Assembly: GCA_964016885.1 (NCBI GenBank)
Contig: OZ024745.1
Span: forward strand, 82,956,001 to 83,020,000
From: Eledone cirrhosa
Taxonomy: Eukaryota
Direction of reading: 5' to 3'
DNA: 64,000 bases
Numbering within the stretch: position 1 is the stretch's first letter; each line of letters begins with the position of its first letter. Below, one piece after another: positions 1-13,943 of the stretch. Position numbers and translations under genes: made by a program. The notes under the pieces were generated by a model that worked only from the letters and a program-made list of their open reading frames with translations, ran no database searches and was not told where the DNA came from.

Positions 1-819
1 GACACATAATCATGCTAAAATTCCAAATAAACCCTCAATCATATTCCCATCTAACCAGTCGTAGCCAAAAGGGAATATATATGTAGACAAAACAATTGAA
101 GATGTTATTAGATAAAAATTATGCAAGCATTAGGGAAGACCCAAAACTATGCTAGGAATTTAGAACGTGACCATATTTTTAAACATGCTAATTCGTGCAG
201 AAAGAGACTCTAAGGTGAAGTCGCTAAAATATTATTGTCATAGCGGATCAGGAAAACATATTTTATTTTAATAAATGTTACGGATCCAGACAACAAATAA
301 TCTATCCCAAAATAAATCCTGGAATACAGTAAAATCTAAGTGAAACACTACACGTAATCAAAACACACTGAGTAAGGAATGTTGCGCAACAAAAGCTAGG
401 AATTAAAATATGCTTAGTATAATACTAATAAAAATAATTTCTATCTTAGACACAAAAGTAATAACTTCTATCTTAGACACAGAACCAGACATTTTGCGGG
501 AAGCTGGTTGTCGGTTATATCAATAATCGTCATTGTATGGTAATTTAATCGATCTTCGAACAACGTATAACACAGTTGATTCGAATAGAAGATAAAATCA
601 GTATTTAAAGGTACGTAACTAAATTCCACAGGCATTTAGTCCGATATTTTATCGCTGTTGATTGCAAAATCCACATAATCTTCAATTGCATAGTGTTCTG
701 ATTTATTTTGTACTTTTGGTGGTTTCTGGTAAAGGAAGATTGTATCTTGAGATGTAATTAGAAATCTCTCATTTTCGGCTCTTCCACCAGCGATTCTGAG
801 ACAGTTTGTGAATTGTGAT

Positions 820-1800
820 TGTCCACTTCCTTCCTATTCAACCTTTTTAGGTACTCACCATTTAGCGATTCTTCTTGCCATCGTTTTATCATGGCACTCT
901 GGAGATCGGTTTTCAAGTTAGATTTTAACTTTTTCACAATTTCCGGTTGTTTCTTTTTTCGTTTTCAACTTTTTCATAATCATCCGTTTTCATTTTGTTT
1001 GCTTCCTTGACAAGAGAACATATTTTCCTTGTTTTTTCCATATTTCCTTACTATTCTTAGTAACGTTCCAGTAATCTTTGTTACACCTTTTTGTCGTCAT
1101 ACAGTGGTTAAATCATTATAGTTTACTAGTTTCATAAGGCCCATTCTTCCTTGTGTTTGTTGTAGGTGTGATCTTTCTACATCCAATTTTGCATGACGGT
1201 TTTATATGCAGTCATTATTTCTCTTGATACTGTTTCTAGTCCTCCCAGATCTTTTAGCGGCCACTTGAGTATATTGAAATTTACTAATTGCAAAGCTAGA
1301 ATATTGATGCACATTACCTTATTATTTTTATTTAGGTATGTCTTAAGTAGTAATGTAATCTCTCTATAGTATTCCTTTCTAAACATTTCCTTCATCTATG
1401 TGCATGTTGAGCTCTGTCTAGTTCATTGACTTCTACTTATATGTATATTTGTGATCTAATTCTCTTATCTCATATTTAGCGTAATATTAGTGTTGCCATT
1501 AGTTTTCCTTCCATCAATGTTGCATTGACACATTTTCTAACCCATATTTTATGCCTATTTCTTTTGCAAATCTATTTAGTGTCTAAAGTAGTATTTCACA
1601 TTGTCTCGTCTGTAGCGTACATATACAGAGGATGGTTTATTTTCTTGCTGTAGCATTTATAATCATATTCAGTCCTGTTTAGTATATAAGATAATGATGT
1701 AGATGCTAAGCACAAGTGGTGATAGGGAGCCCCCTTGAAATATTCTGGTGTTTATTGGGATGAGCTCAGTTTTTATATATCCCTCTCTAGTTTGTATCTG
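820..1800 (-). pseudogene. Decayed R4/Dong-like (RLE) non-LTR retrotransposon RT fragment
   Basis: Minus-strand translations TRIFQGGSLSPL, KYGLE..ATLMEGKL and KEMFRKEYYREITLLLKTYLNKNNKVMCIN align by eye with GIFQGDSLSPL, KFGLDKCAKATFTRGKL and RERIRKECYRRVRAILRTELNARNRIDAIN of the 29846-32620 ORF; many stops and frameshifts. Confidence 0.75.
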
Positions 1801-1839
1801 CAAAACTCTTTGCTAAATACTCGTGGTATGGTTGATGTT

Positions 1840-1995
1840 GTAGCCATGGTCTACAGTGCTGCAGAGTACTCCTCTCTCCTATGACGCATGAGGTCCCATA
1901 CGAACAAGCTAGAAAGAGCCCTGAAGAAAACCTTAAGGCTCATCACTGGATGTTTTCAACATACACCGACTGCCATTTCAGTTGTTTCTTCCACC
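1840..1995 (+). mobile_element. Short LINE ORF2 remnant (post-RT region)
   Basis: Translation AMVYSAAEYSSLL*RMRSHTNKLERALKKTLRLITGC resembles the 'YS.AEY..PVW...LR.ITGC' post-RT segment of APE-type LINEs. Confidence 0.5.
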
Positions 1996-2240
1996 AAGAC
2001 TCTGTTCTTTCTTGTTTGGTGTTTCCTCTTGTTTTTATACCAAGTAATTATTATTATTGGTCTGTTCGGACGTCTTTTTGCTCGCTCCCAATAATTCGCT
2101 ATATTTACCTGTTATAATTATTTGTTGTTTAATTTTTCTTGTTGTGTAAGGGATAGAAGCGCTTGAACTTTGCCCTGTGAAGGGGAAAGTATAATATTTG
2201 AACAATATTTGAACATTTTACTTTTAAAAATAAAAAAAAC

Positions 2241-4240
2241 ATGGCTGAGCCACGCCCCAGCAATATGTCTGCTGTCATGTGACAACAGCGTAAAAGTTGA
2301 GAGAGGGTTACAAAAATTGATACAACAGACACCACCATAAACAACGTGAACAAAGACAACAACACTGAGAACACTAATTTAAAAAAAAATAATTTACCAC
2401 ACCAACTACAACAATAACAGCGACAACTAAAATACAGACAACAGAAAAAATGACAACAAATGCAACAACGATATTAACACCACTAACAAGAAAATAAACA
2501 ACGACAACAGCAACAATACAAATTTCACCAAAAACAACAACAACGGTGGCACCAAAAGCACAACCAACTACAACAATGATAACAGCAACAACACCAACAA
2601 CATCGTTTGTAGCAGTAGCAACAGCAACATCACCAACAACAAGACCAGTAGCAGCAGTAGCGCAGCAATAATGGTGCCACTGAAAAAGGGGCCACTTCTT
2701 TCGCAGATGTGGCCCGAAATATAGAGACAGTGCTAGTCACGGAGGAGGAGATGGCAGTCGCAAGAGCCATGGTATCAAGAAACGATAATAAAGTTTCTCT
2801 GAAACCTCCACCCGATTTCTTCAAAGACCAGCAACTCCGCACGGTGACTTACTGTACCGTAAGCAAAATGTAACATGGGGGGAGAGAGCCACGGAGGCTC
2901 AAACCCAAAAGGCCTTGGGCTGCGTCTGGGCGCGCAAAACCCACATCACCCGAGGCTAAAAGTACGGCACAGTAGACGTACTTTTCGCCAACCCCAACAG
3001 GCGAAGTTTCACTCTTTGGAAACCCTAAAAAGTGAGGAGATAGTCTTGGTGCCCTCCTACTGCGAGCAGAAAATTGTGAGTGTCAAAGTGACCCAGGTCC
3101 CGCCCGACGTGCCCATAACTTGGCTGGCCTCGTCTGTACTTAATGGAATCGAGGAGAAGACCACACTACTGCAAATACAGAGAATGGGAAGAGAGAACTG
3201 GTCAGGAATAGGCATGCAAATACTAATACAAACTGAACAGGAGTGCATCGAGGCCATCCCAGATATCATAGACCTCGAAGAAGGACTCCAACTCCCTATA
3301 AGCGTGGAAGGAAGGCGCCCAAAGTGCTATTTCTGTGAGCAGAAGGGTCACCTCAGGGCCTTCTGCCCGCAGAAGACAGCCAAGAAGAGGGTCCCCTCCT
3401 TCCGACACCTGATCCGCTGCTTCCAAGATCAGGGCAGGAAACAGAGGCAGAAGACCCTTCCATGGTGTGTAGGAGGGCAACGACCGTGGCACCCATACCA
3501 AGGTTACGGACAACTAAAACAGCGGCACCAGTGGTGGCAACACCAACAGCTGCAGTAGCTACACCGGCGGCAAAATCGCCGGAGCGGGCTCCACTACCAC
3601 CACCAACAGCAGTGGAGTTCATACCCCTCCCAGATGCCACGGAATCTGACATTGAGTATTAGGCGGGAGGGAAGTGGCAAACGATCTGCCACAAAAAAGA
3701 AAAAAGAAAAAAACCCTTAATTCACCCTCCAAAAGCGAAGGCAAACAAAGAGGGGTAAAGGCTGCAAGGAGAGTTGCAGCAACACCACCACCACCACCAT
3801 CACCATCACCACCACAATCATCATCACCAACAACAACCACATCACCACCAACATCACCAAAAACACCAACATCGCAGACACAACAAAGCACAGACACCCA
3901 ACAGCAACAACAAGAAAAGAACAACAAATCCACCCCTCCTCCAAAAAAGTACACAGCCATAAACATGGCAAATAAAGAACTCTTACAACATATAAAGTAG
4001 CACACAGACATCACAGAAAATAATTACTACACCCCACCAACACCAAGAACTCTCCTGAAAAATATAAAGATTATTGAAATCAAAATAGAACATTATAAAC
4101 TTTTAAAAGAAAAATTCCCTAACGCAGTTGGAGACTTCAGAGGGTCGGTTACCAAGAGGATATACACCAACATCATATTGGAAACACCCATGACCAGCCA
4201 AAGGGAAGGTTCAACTGTCCCTTTCCCACACGATCAGGGT
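2241..4240 (+). pseudogene. LINE ORF1 (gag-like, zinc knuckle), frameshifted
   Basis: ATG at 2241; Thr/Asn-rich N-terminus; VEGRRPKCYFCEQKGHLRAFCP; Pro/Thr-rich and basic C-terminal segments split over several frames. Confidence 0.75.
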
Positions 4241-4278
4241 AGGTGATCCTTTCTCACTTACTCCATTCCTCACCTAAC

Positions 4279-7200
4279 ATGGCCTTACTTAGAATAGGCA
4301 GTATAAATGTACGTCGCATGGGGTCATCTTGGAAGCAGGGCTACCTGCTTAACGATCTCAGGTCACTAAACATAGATGTGGTGGCCATCGGCGAAAGCAG
4401 AATTTCCGAAGCACGAGCTTTCGCACCGATCTTCGGCGGCTACGATCTATACGCATCTCTCAACCGTCCAGGATCGGGGGGAAGAGTTGCTTTGGTTTTT
4501 CGGAGAGGCTTGGATCTCGCCATACGGCCATCTTCCTGGACCCAGAAGCTAAGTCGGTGGTGCTAGATGTGACCGGCAGCGAAGGCAATGCTTTCAGGCT
4601 AGTAGCCGTCTACGCCCCAACAGGGGCAGGACGGCCAGATTTCTTCAGACGTCTAGAGACCTTTCTTGGAACGTCCCGCTCTTTAGTGTTAGTGGGCGAC
4701 TGGAACGGTATCTTAGATGCACGCTGGGATTATGTGGGGCTAGTAGACAGGGCAGGAGGGTGTAAAAGCCTCAACAACCTGCTCAGACGTTTTGAACTGT
4801 CTGACAGGTATTGACTGGATTATGCGAATGTGCCAATGTGGACATGGGGAAACCGCATCGCGTCATCCAGATCGTATTTAGATAGGGTATTCTGTAGGGA
4901 AACAGATAAGGCTAGTGTAGGTTGTCCACAATTTAAAGTAGTCGACTACACAGACCACAAATTTGTGATCTATGAAGTTGATTTAGATAGACTTCATAGG
5001 CAAGGGCCCGGTTACTGGAAGCTGAACGCGTCGTTCCCGGCGCGCAATGCTTACAGAGACCGGATTAGCGAACGAGTTAAGCGTGCGTTGACGGGAGCAA
5101 ACGTCAACAACAGGTGGTGGTTTACCCTGAAAAGGGCTATTAGAGTAGAATCGGTAAAGTTTAGCAAAGGAGTAGTGATAGAGGAAAATAGAGTAGAGGG
5201 AGAGTTAGTTAGAAAGCTAGAAGAGGCCATTAGGACAGGCATCGCAACCGATGGGCTTGCGGCGAGATTGGCACTGGACCAATTCTTCAACGCATGAAGG
5301 CTGCGTTGTCAGAGCTAGAGCGCGTGCCCTAAGACACGAGGGGACGAAAGCCGTTCAATGGGCCCGGGTGGTGGAGGTACGAGGTGGAAACAAGTTCACA
5401 ATTCGATTGTTCGGGAGCGGTGGCGGGCCGGTTCGGAATAAGGACTTCGGGGCATACCTCGACGGACTGTCGCGGCTCTCGACGACCACAGCACAGTACT
5501 GCAAAAAGCCGATAACAGCAGATGAAATACGGGAGGCGATGTCTGACTGCACGAGGGGTAAATCACCAGGTTTGGATGGTCTGCCCTACGAGATTTATGC
5601 GTATATGCCAGACTTGTTCGGCGACCTCTTGGCAGATGTCTACTGCAATTGGCAGCAGAATGGGAGCATACCCAGTTTTGTGAGGCGGCGAGCGGTGGCG
5701 TTGCTGAGAAAAGACCCGAGCAAGGAGGAAATTATAGACAACTTCAGACCCATAACTCTGCTAAACGCAGAGTTTAAGATTTTGGCCAAGGTGTTAGCAA
5801 AGAGATTGGCGCTTGTCGTCAGTGATCTGGTGGGAGAGGCGCAGACATGAGCCATCCCGGACAGATCCATCTCATGCCATACATCATAGAGAGGGTTGTT
5901 AAGGAACCTGACACGGGTGGGGACCTGATCAACTTGGATCAATCTATAGCATTTGATAGGGTCGACCATCGGTACCTGGCTGCGGTCCTCCAGGCGGCCG
6001 GCTTTGGGCCCGTTTTTACAGGCTGGATCGCTGTGATGCACAGTGACACCTGCTCGATTGTGAGGGTGGATGGTCACCTGTCACAGCCTTTCAGCATCAT
6101 GTGCTCGGTCCGCCAGGGTTATCCTCTCTTGTCCCTCTTGTACGTATTGGCCCTCGAGCCGTTACTGCACAAATTGGAGACGATGAGGAGGGTCCCACGC
6201 GAACTGGGATGCGGAAGATCCATCTCAGCTTACGCCGACAACGTCACGGTGCTGGTGTCACGCACCAAACACGTCCAGATGTTCGGCATCACTCTCAAGG
6301 AATACGAAGCGGTGACAGGAGCAAAGATAAACCAGGAAAAGTCTGTGGGCTTGCAACTCGGTACCTGGAGAAGCAAGTCCATGCCGTCCGACAGGGTGGT
6401 GGGGCGCTGGACGGAAGAACCGGTTAAATTGCTCGGGGTCTGGTTCGGTCCGGCTCTCCAGATGGATAAAAACTGGAGCTTGGTGACGAGCAGGGTGGCC
6501 TCTCTCACCCAGAAATGGACGAGAGGATGCTGTCTCTGAAAAGTCGGGCGGAGGTGGCGAATGCGTACATCACATCCGTCATCTGCTACGGCTTGAGCGC
6601 CTTACCTTGCCCCCTCCCAACTCTGACCAAAATGGAGCGCCTTTTCTTCCGATTTTCTTGTAGAAAGGACGTGCTCCCATGGTCAGACGATCCATTTGCT
6701 GCCAACACCCGTTGCGTGGAGGACTAGGCATGCCATTGCTGATGATGCGCAAATATGCGTTGAAGCTGCGACATCTCTGGTGCTTCCTTGACGGTGAATA
6801 GGTGTGGTCGCCGTTTGCCAGTCGCGCTTTTCCACAGCTCGTCTCCTTGACGGAGCTGCAGCCATGGATCAGGAAAAGACCGAGGGATAGCGCTTGGAAG
6901 CTGGAATGTCTCCAAGTGCTCAACGCCCCCTACCTGCTGGTCCCTAGTATCGGTGGAACATCAACCTCGGCGTTCTATAGAGGGCTAGTGGAAGGAAAGA
7001 CCGACGAAGTTCTCGGGGAGATCCTGGGTGTCGAAGACGGCCAGCTGTTTGCTCTCTTCAAGAGTACTTTCAGAACAGGGACTATGGACAACTTCCAGAA
7101 ATCCCTGGCCTTGCAGTGCTACCGGCAAGCGTTGCCGGTTCGGGATAAGCTCTACAGGCACGGAGGTGCTGTAAGCCGAGCCTGTCCGAGATGCGCGCAG

Positions 7201-7601
7201 ACCGACGAAACAGACTTGCACGAACTCGTTCAGTGCGCGAGGATTGCTGACTTGTGGAGCTATGTCGAACAGCTGCTGTCGCATGTAGGACGGATCCGGT
7301 TATCGATTGAGCCCATCGTACAGATAGCTCCGCCATCCTCCTTTAAAGAGGAGAAAGGGCAGGCAGTTTACATCTGCCTGGTGACCATGGCGAAAGAGAT
7401 TGTGTGGTGGACAAGGTTGAAAGGGTTGAAGCGGACACTTTTCTCTTCGGCTAATCCCTGATTAACCTTTTCAAGTTTCACTTGAAGAGGAACATCAGGC
7501 TGGAGAGGCAAGTGCTGTCTTCTAGTAAGTTTGTTGAAAGGTGGGTGAAAGTGGCGAGTCTGGTCCGAGTGACCGGGCCCGTTCTGAGTATGCGCCTGTA
7601 G
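4279..7601 (+). pseudogene. LINE ORF2 (APE endonuclease + reverse transcriptase), multiple frameshifts/stops
   Basis: MALLRIGSINV, LVGDWN, SRSYLDRVF, YTDHK, GYWKLNAS, KSPGLDGLP, FRPITLLN, AFDRVDH, VRQGYPL, AYADN, CPRCAQTDETDLHELVQC. Confidence 0.9.
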
Positions 7602-9329
7602 ACTGAGGAGTGGGAAAAGTGAGGGCGTGCGCTTGCCCTGGTGGCCAGGATGGCCGTGGTCTTTTGTGTGGTTTTCACCATGAGTGACCCTCGGAGGTTT
7701 CCCCTTTTTGGGGAATTTTTTGTTGTTTGAATTTGGTTGATTTCTATCCCGATTTCTATCTTGTTATAACCTAGCAAATGTCTTATACGTTTTTGATATG
7801 TGTATAGAAGAAGCTTGTATCATACAATTACATACAAGTGGGAATTGACTTTAATAAAACATCAATGCCGTATATATTTTAAAAACAATCTTAATTTCCA
7901 AATGTCCGTCAAAGAAATGTGAGGTTTTAAATATTGCATTAGGAAAACAAAGAAATCAAACAAGCAAATAGGTTTCTATGCCTACATGGCAAAAATATAA
8001 TCAATCAATGTATATGTTTTCAAATAATTCAGTTATCAAAAGCAAACATGCGCATTAACATAAATCGCTTATATATGAGTGTATATGTGTGTCTGTCAGG
8101 GTGTGCATGCGTGTGTGTGCGTGTGTGTGCTTGTGTATGGAGTGGTGGGTAATTATCATGGTGGGTTGGTAACAGTCATATCGGTGATTTGCCGATTAGT
8201 CGGTTTTGATAATCAGTAATTATGATTTGAGAAAGCTATGGGCAATAGAAACATTTGGAAAAGACATTGAATTCGTTATGTAGAAATATGTGAGAAATAT
8301 TGATCTACAGAACTGGAGATTACTTAACACTGCTCACGAGGCGCAACTTCCATCTATGGAAACAATGTTTTCTAATGCACCTGATTGGAAATATTTTGCA
8401 TGTGATTTTCTTTCAGCGAACATACATTCTTGGTATTTTTTAAGCTTGCTGCTGAAAAGTTGTATAGGCTCACCATGAACATATGGCAGGATAGATATGC
8501 TACGGAGAAACGCCTTTCTTCATCTTTCTCTATTTGAACGAGTGGTAAACAAGGTGATGTTATTACCCGAACCTCATCATTCTTGTAATCAGTTGCATCT
8601 CCTTGAATGGCAGAAGGAACATTCTCTGTGATAAATGAAATTAAATTCATGTAAAATTCCAAAGTGGATCTTCTTGATTAATATCTGTAAAATGTCTGCC
8701 CATTTATAATTAATATATCCCAGATGGTCAATGATACTTATTCTATTCCCACTAAGATTTATTTATATTTCTGAAATTTCATTAGAATTTGATTAAAACA
8801 CTGAATTAGAATTGCTATTTTATGGTTGGTTATTCCATAATTCCATTTTTTAAACAAACGCACTAAAGCGGTCTTTATAGTGATCAATGTTTAAACTGCA
8901 TCATTGCAGTATCACAAGAAATCAACAAACTATCTTAGATCTAACTCTCTACATTCATCATCAAATTCAATTTATATTCCGTTCTTCAAGATGTACAACA
9001 ACACTCGTCAACGTCAATCTCAAATCTGTTAATGTCAGTCTCAACTTCTTCCTCGTCAACTTGAATTTTATCTTTACTGTAGGATGAAGCTATTTTTTTA
9101 TATTATGAAGTGTGGGGTATTGACATCGGTGATTACTTTGTCGCAGTATTATAAGAGTAAGGAAGGATTTTAAAGATTTGCAAAGTATTACAAGCTTTGC
9201 AAGAACGAATTATTGCGCTTAATATTACTTTAAATCACACACATCTACACATGATTACATACTAAATTCTATAAAACATGACAAAGAAAAAAAAACAATA
9301 ACATTTGTATTAATCTTTTATTCATTACT

Positions 9330-10320
9330 GACGTTTCTTAACTCTCTAAACATATTCCTAAAAGAATCCGACCCTTTTTGTTAAACAAATCCATCGTGGT
9401 GTTTATGTATTTACATATCCTGTAATCTGATCAAAACCGGGCTGAGGTGTTGTCATGGGAAGTTTCGAGAGTGCACAGGTATGTGAATTAGTGGATCTGT
9501 AAATCCTAGACATACTGCACGAAAACGTCCACCCAACTCAACTTAGGTTTATGCAGAGATGATGGCTTAATTGTATCACGTATCTGGCGAAAATCCATCT
9601 TAGATATAGTTATAAAAAGTTTAATTGAATCATCAACATATTTAATCAAAAGTAACAAAATTAATATAAACGTTGCCGGCATCCCAGATATAACATTAAA
9701 CTTGACCATAGCTAAATATCTACCATACAGGAAAATCAATGAGAAACACCTGTATATCGATGAATTAATCACTCCAGTGTAGTAGTAACACTTAGTTTAT
9801 GAAAGTTAGTTATGAATGAAGCTAATAAATTTATGAGGGAATATACAGGACAGCAGTTTATGTAAGTTACATTAGTGTCACTCTATCTAATGTCAGAATC
9901 TGTCAAAATCCCATTAGAAATAATCATGCACTAAGTAAAAAGCAACCGCAAGCAAGGACTAGTAATGCCTGAGAAAAATACGGACACATTTCAGTTTTGT
10001 GAAAACCGCATAAAAGAAGTATATTTTCAGCCATAGGTATTTCAATTTAGCGTTTATTGCTTCTTGCAATAAATATTTTAACACTAATTAACCTATTAAT
10101 ATTTATGAGAATAATATCTCCAATCATATCTATGTTTTCAACATTAAGAAACATCTTAGACCATATCTATGTTTTCTACATTAACCAGCATACGATCATG
10201 TACATTTACTTAGTGATTATCCACCCATCACTCGGCAGATCTTCAGTAGGATCATTGAAGCCTATGCATCTCTGACGGGGGTCACAATAATACCGAAATA
10301 CATTCAGATTAATACTCACG
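9330..10320 (+). mobile_element. Decayed Penelope-like element (RT remnant followed by degenerate hammerhead)
   Basis: Translation GSFESAQVCELVDL*IL...NLGLCRDDGL matches PLE RT motifs (MGSFDGAEVCELVGLY; GLYRDDGL); HHR-like motif ATCT-CTGACGG..GGT..ACC-GAAA..TC-AGAT at 10268-10309. Confidence 0.65.
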
Positions 10321-10624
10321 AGTTATCGATATTATAAAGGTGATTTTAATTTTTGATTAATATCATATATTTTTCATCTTACCACATAATTATTTATGTA
10401 TAACCTTTTAAGTGACATATGTATAACATCTTAACACTAGCGTTATTGTGTTTTGTCTGTGTGGATGGAATCTTTTAATTACTCATTTTCGGATAAGTTC
10501 ATTCTGCACGGGATTTTCCTGGCTAACTACATCTCACCATGCTTTATAGTATGGAGCTTTCTGTATCAGTTAATATACTGATTCCACCGAAACGGTTCAC
10601 CCAGGGGTCTTCCCCCATTTTGAT

Positions 10625-10800
10625 TTAAACACTTTTAAAAAAGAGCGGAAGTACTCCTCGGTCAACGACCATGCTACCCAACTATTAAACACTATTAAAA
10701 AAGGGCGGATGTACTCCTCACTCAGCGGTCAACCTCCCCACCTATTAAACACTACTTAAAAAAGGCCGGATGAACTCCCCGGTCAACGGCCATTCCCACC
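10625..10800. repeat. Three diverged 60-bp tandem repeats
   Basis: Units starting TTAAACACT..TAAAAAAG.GCGGA.GTACTCC at 10625, 10685 and 10745. Confidence 0.8.
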
Positions 10801-12842
10801 AGTCCGCAATTGGTCAAGCGTGGTGAGTACGGCTACACTCCTGACATCACCAAAACCAAACAAAATGTATTGTTTTGGATAGGACTATTAGAAGTGTTGA
10901 ACTCCAAACATAGATTCGCTAAATCGTAAGAATTTTTGAAACAATGTTATTTTCGTCTGATGATCAATTGAATATAAATGTATGAAGTACACACATTGCG
11001 TTCGACCAATTTTAGAATCCTTTCAGAAATGTTTCAGGAAGGCAATGCAATGTTATATTTAATAGTCAAGCATCAGAATTTGTGGTGAAATTTCGTCATA
11101 CTTAACTTAACTTTAGCACACACATCTATCTCAATGCGTCATCACAAGTATAACAATAATTACATTTATATCTACCAGTTTGTCTTGATTGACGTAGTTA
11201 TTGCAAATGTCATCAATGAATCGTACCGGTTAATGTAGTTGTTTACATGAAATATTTTTAGCCCAATAGCAATAATATTATTTATTCCTGTCTTGTTTAT
11301 TTATTCAACACACATGATTAAGTAAGAAAGAATATGCTAACATACTGTCAAATCAAACGGAAAAGTGTTGATATAGTTGTAAAGCGAATTCAAGGAGTTT
11401 TCATTGTGAAAAGTTTAATTCTGGTAAATATTTATACTGGTAAACATTGTTGCCTTCCGATGAATATTTCCTCCGGAGAAAAGATCTCTTGTCAATATTG
11501 AAAGCATAGTTTAAATTTTCATTATTGAAGTTTATATGTCTTAGGCTAGACACAAAATGACATCAGCTACCTTTCAATAAAATATTACTTCGTACTTAAC
11601 TACGACAGCCATGCACACTTCAGTACTCTCATTCACTATGGTCCATGTATACTTATATAGCGTATATTTAATTCACAGACAAGCTCCACTTTGCGTAGGT
11701 AATTGTTGAGACCTTCACTGTCTCCAGTCATCTGAGTGTTTCTTTCCTTCGCCAAATTGGAATTAGGGTACGGCACTCAAAGAAATAAACCAATGAGCTA
11801 AAATTGCTGATGTATCGGATATCGTTGATTGTTATGGGAATTGCAGGCGAGGCTTTTTTTTTATTCTGAAGGTATGTCCATTGATAGAAATACGATTGAG
11901 TATGATTACCATAAAAGTTGGCTAATGCGGTTTATACTTTTTGCCCTTGATACACATACAAATACATAGATTGCTCTGAAAACACACGTGCCCACATTCA
12001 GTGTGCTCAGGAATGTATGACTTAGATATGGTATGGCTGGTCGTTCAGTCAAAATTTAATCTGTTTATTTCTGGCAGCCGAGTGTACAAGAACGATATTG
12101 CTATAACAGCAACGGACTACTTGCTGTCACCTAGAATGACGCCAACTTCTACGTAGATTCTATCGCTTTCAATTTGTCACTAAATTTCCGCCTCCATGTG
12201 TCACCCACAAACTAGCAATATATTATCCCTCATTAAATCTGAATTGACTCCATAAACAAGACTGCTAATCTAGTTGCGTTAAACAACCTCCTCCCCCAAA
12301 CTAAAAATAACTGCATATAACGTGAAAATGTTATTGTACCTCACACTTCATCAACATGGTCAGCATGTAACTTAAATCTCCACAATAATTTCACATTCGA
12401 TTTTAAGCGTCACTCTAATGCAAAACACACATCTTCAATTAGCAGACTCTGTTTTTCAAAGACAAGTCTTACTCTTTAAAACCTTCACTAACTACAATGT
12501 CTCTGCAAAGCTAACACGAGTCGCAGAATTAAGTACAGCTCTCACATCTGGAATGATGTCACTGATACTAACAAAGGTATCCTAGATAACATTCAAAACA
12601 AGACCGTTTGACTGAATGGCATGACATTGTCCCTCCAAATCACACTCCAGCCTCTCACCCGCAGACGCGTTGACTCTATTTCTGTCTTTCTTACTTCTAC
12701 ATTAGTGAGCCCTGATATTCGGAGCTAGGTATTCCAGTATCATCACCACTCTGGCCCACTCGAGGTGTCCATCTCACTTCCTCCCATCACAAATATTATC
12801 TTGAACTCTAGGCCCCTATTTACAACATATACCTTCCTATTT

Positions 12843-13654
12843 ACAACGTATACCTTCCTGCCAGATTGTTGAACGTATATACTTACCTTATGCATATTAA
12901 CGGCTGATTAGCCCAATTTGCATATCAAGTGGGTTAATCGGCATACATGCATACATATATATATGTACGCATGGATTCACCGAACATTATATATATACAT
13001 ACTACTGTACGTCTGAATACATATATGTATGTACGTCTACATACTTATATTTAAGTAACAGCCATACTAAGAATGGGAAATGAAATTTCGTTTCATTTTT
13101 TTCCGTTTATCGTTTTCGGTGCACCCGGCCGATTAACCCACTCGATATGCAAATTGGGCTACTCAGCCGTTAATATGCATAAAGTAAGTATATACGTTCA
13201 ACAATCTGGCAGGAAGGTATACGTTGCTGACGATAGCTAATAAGCTTGAAACTAGTACAGCGTTCCTTTGTCAGTGTTGAACAAACGAGCAACGATGGTT
13301 GCTGGACACTACGGCTTAATACGGGATGTTTGTTTACAAACACACCGAGCATTATAATAAATGTTCGGTGAATCCATACGTACATATATATATGTGTGCA
13401 CGTATGTATATATACATACTACTGTACGTCTGTATACATATATGTATGTACGTATACATACATATATTTAAGTAACAGCCGTACTAAGAGTGGGAAATAA
13501 AATTTCGTTTCATTTTTTTCCGTTTATCACTTTCGGTGCACCCGGCCGATTAACCCACTCGATATGCAAATACGTACATATATATATGTGTGCATGTATG
13601 TATATATATATACTACTGTACGTCTGTATACATATATGTATGTACGTCTACATA

Positions 13655-13657
<3 letters not shown>
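12843..13657 (+). mobile_element. Diverged ~417-bp variant of the hammerhead retrozyme repeat, partial tandem with an inverted upstream segment
   Basis: Homologous to the 484-bp unit; 12843-12990 is inverted relative to 13128-13405; ends in (TA)n. Confidence 0.8.
13222..13262 (+). ncRNA. Minimal type-I hammerhead ribozyme
   Basis: CGTTG-CTGACGA-TAGCTAATAAGCTT-GAAA-CTAG-TA/CAGCG: intact core, stems I and II, palindromic ACTAGT stem III. Confidence 0.85.
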
Positions 13658-13727
<70 letters not shown>

Positions 13728-13943
13728 TTCAAGAGTAACCAATCTTAAAGAGAGAGATGGAGATAGTAGAGGAGATATGAGAGGAGAGATTGGTGAGTTA
13801 GTTAGAAGCCAAAGCGTAAAGTCATGTGCTCAATGTGCAATATGCAGTAGAAAGCAGCTAGGTGGCTGGGTTCATGCAGACGTTAGGTGCGCAGAGCTGG
13901 AAATATTCATTAGTTAAATAAAACAACACCACAAATTTCACAA

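Larger units (their letters stand above)
2190..7775 (+). mobile_element. Tx1/L1-clade LINE, essentially full length but decayed (copy 1)
   Basis: 5' region shared with copy 2 (33152+); ORF1 with CCHC knuckle CYFCEQKGHLRAFC; ORF2 with APE, RT and C-terminal CCHC; T-rich 3' end. Confidence 0.9.

Noticed and set aside
3774-3962. Poly-His ORF
   Set aside because: Alternative frame of the CCA/CAA-rich LINE ORF1 region.
10625-10800. CRISPR-like repeat/spacer appearance
   Set aside because: Eukaryotic context, the 'spacers' resemble each other, the repeats are degenerate and there are no cas genes.
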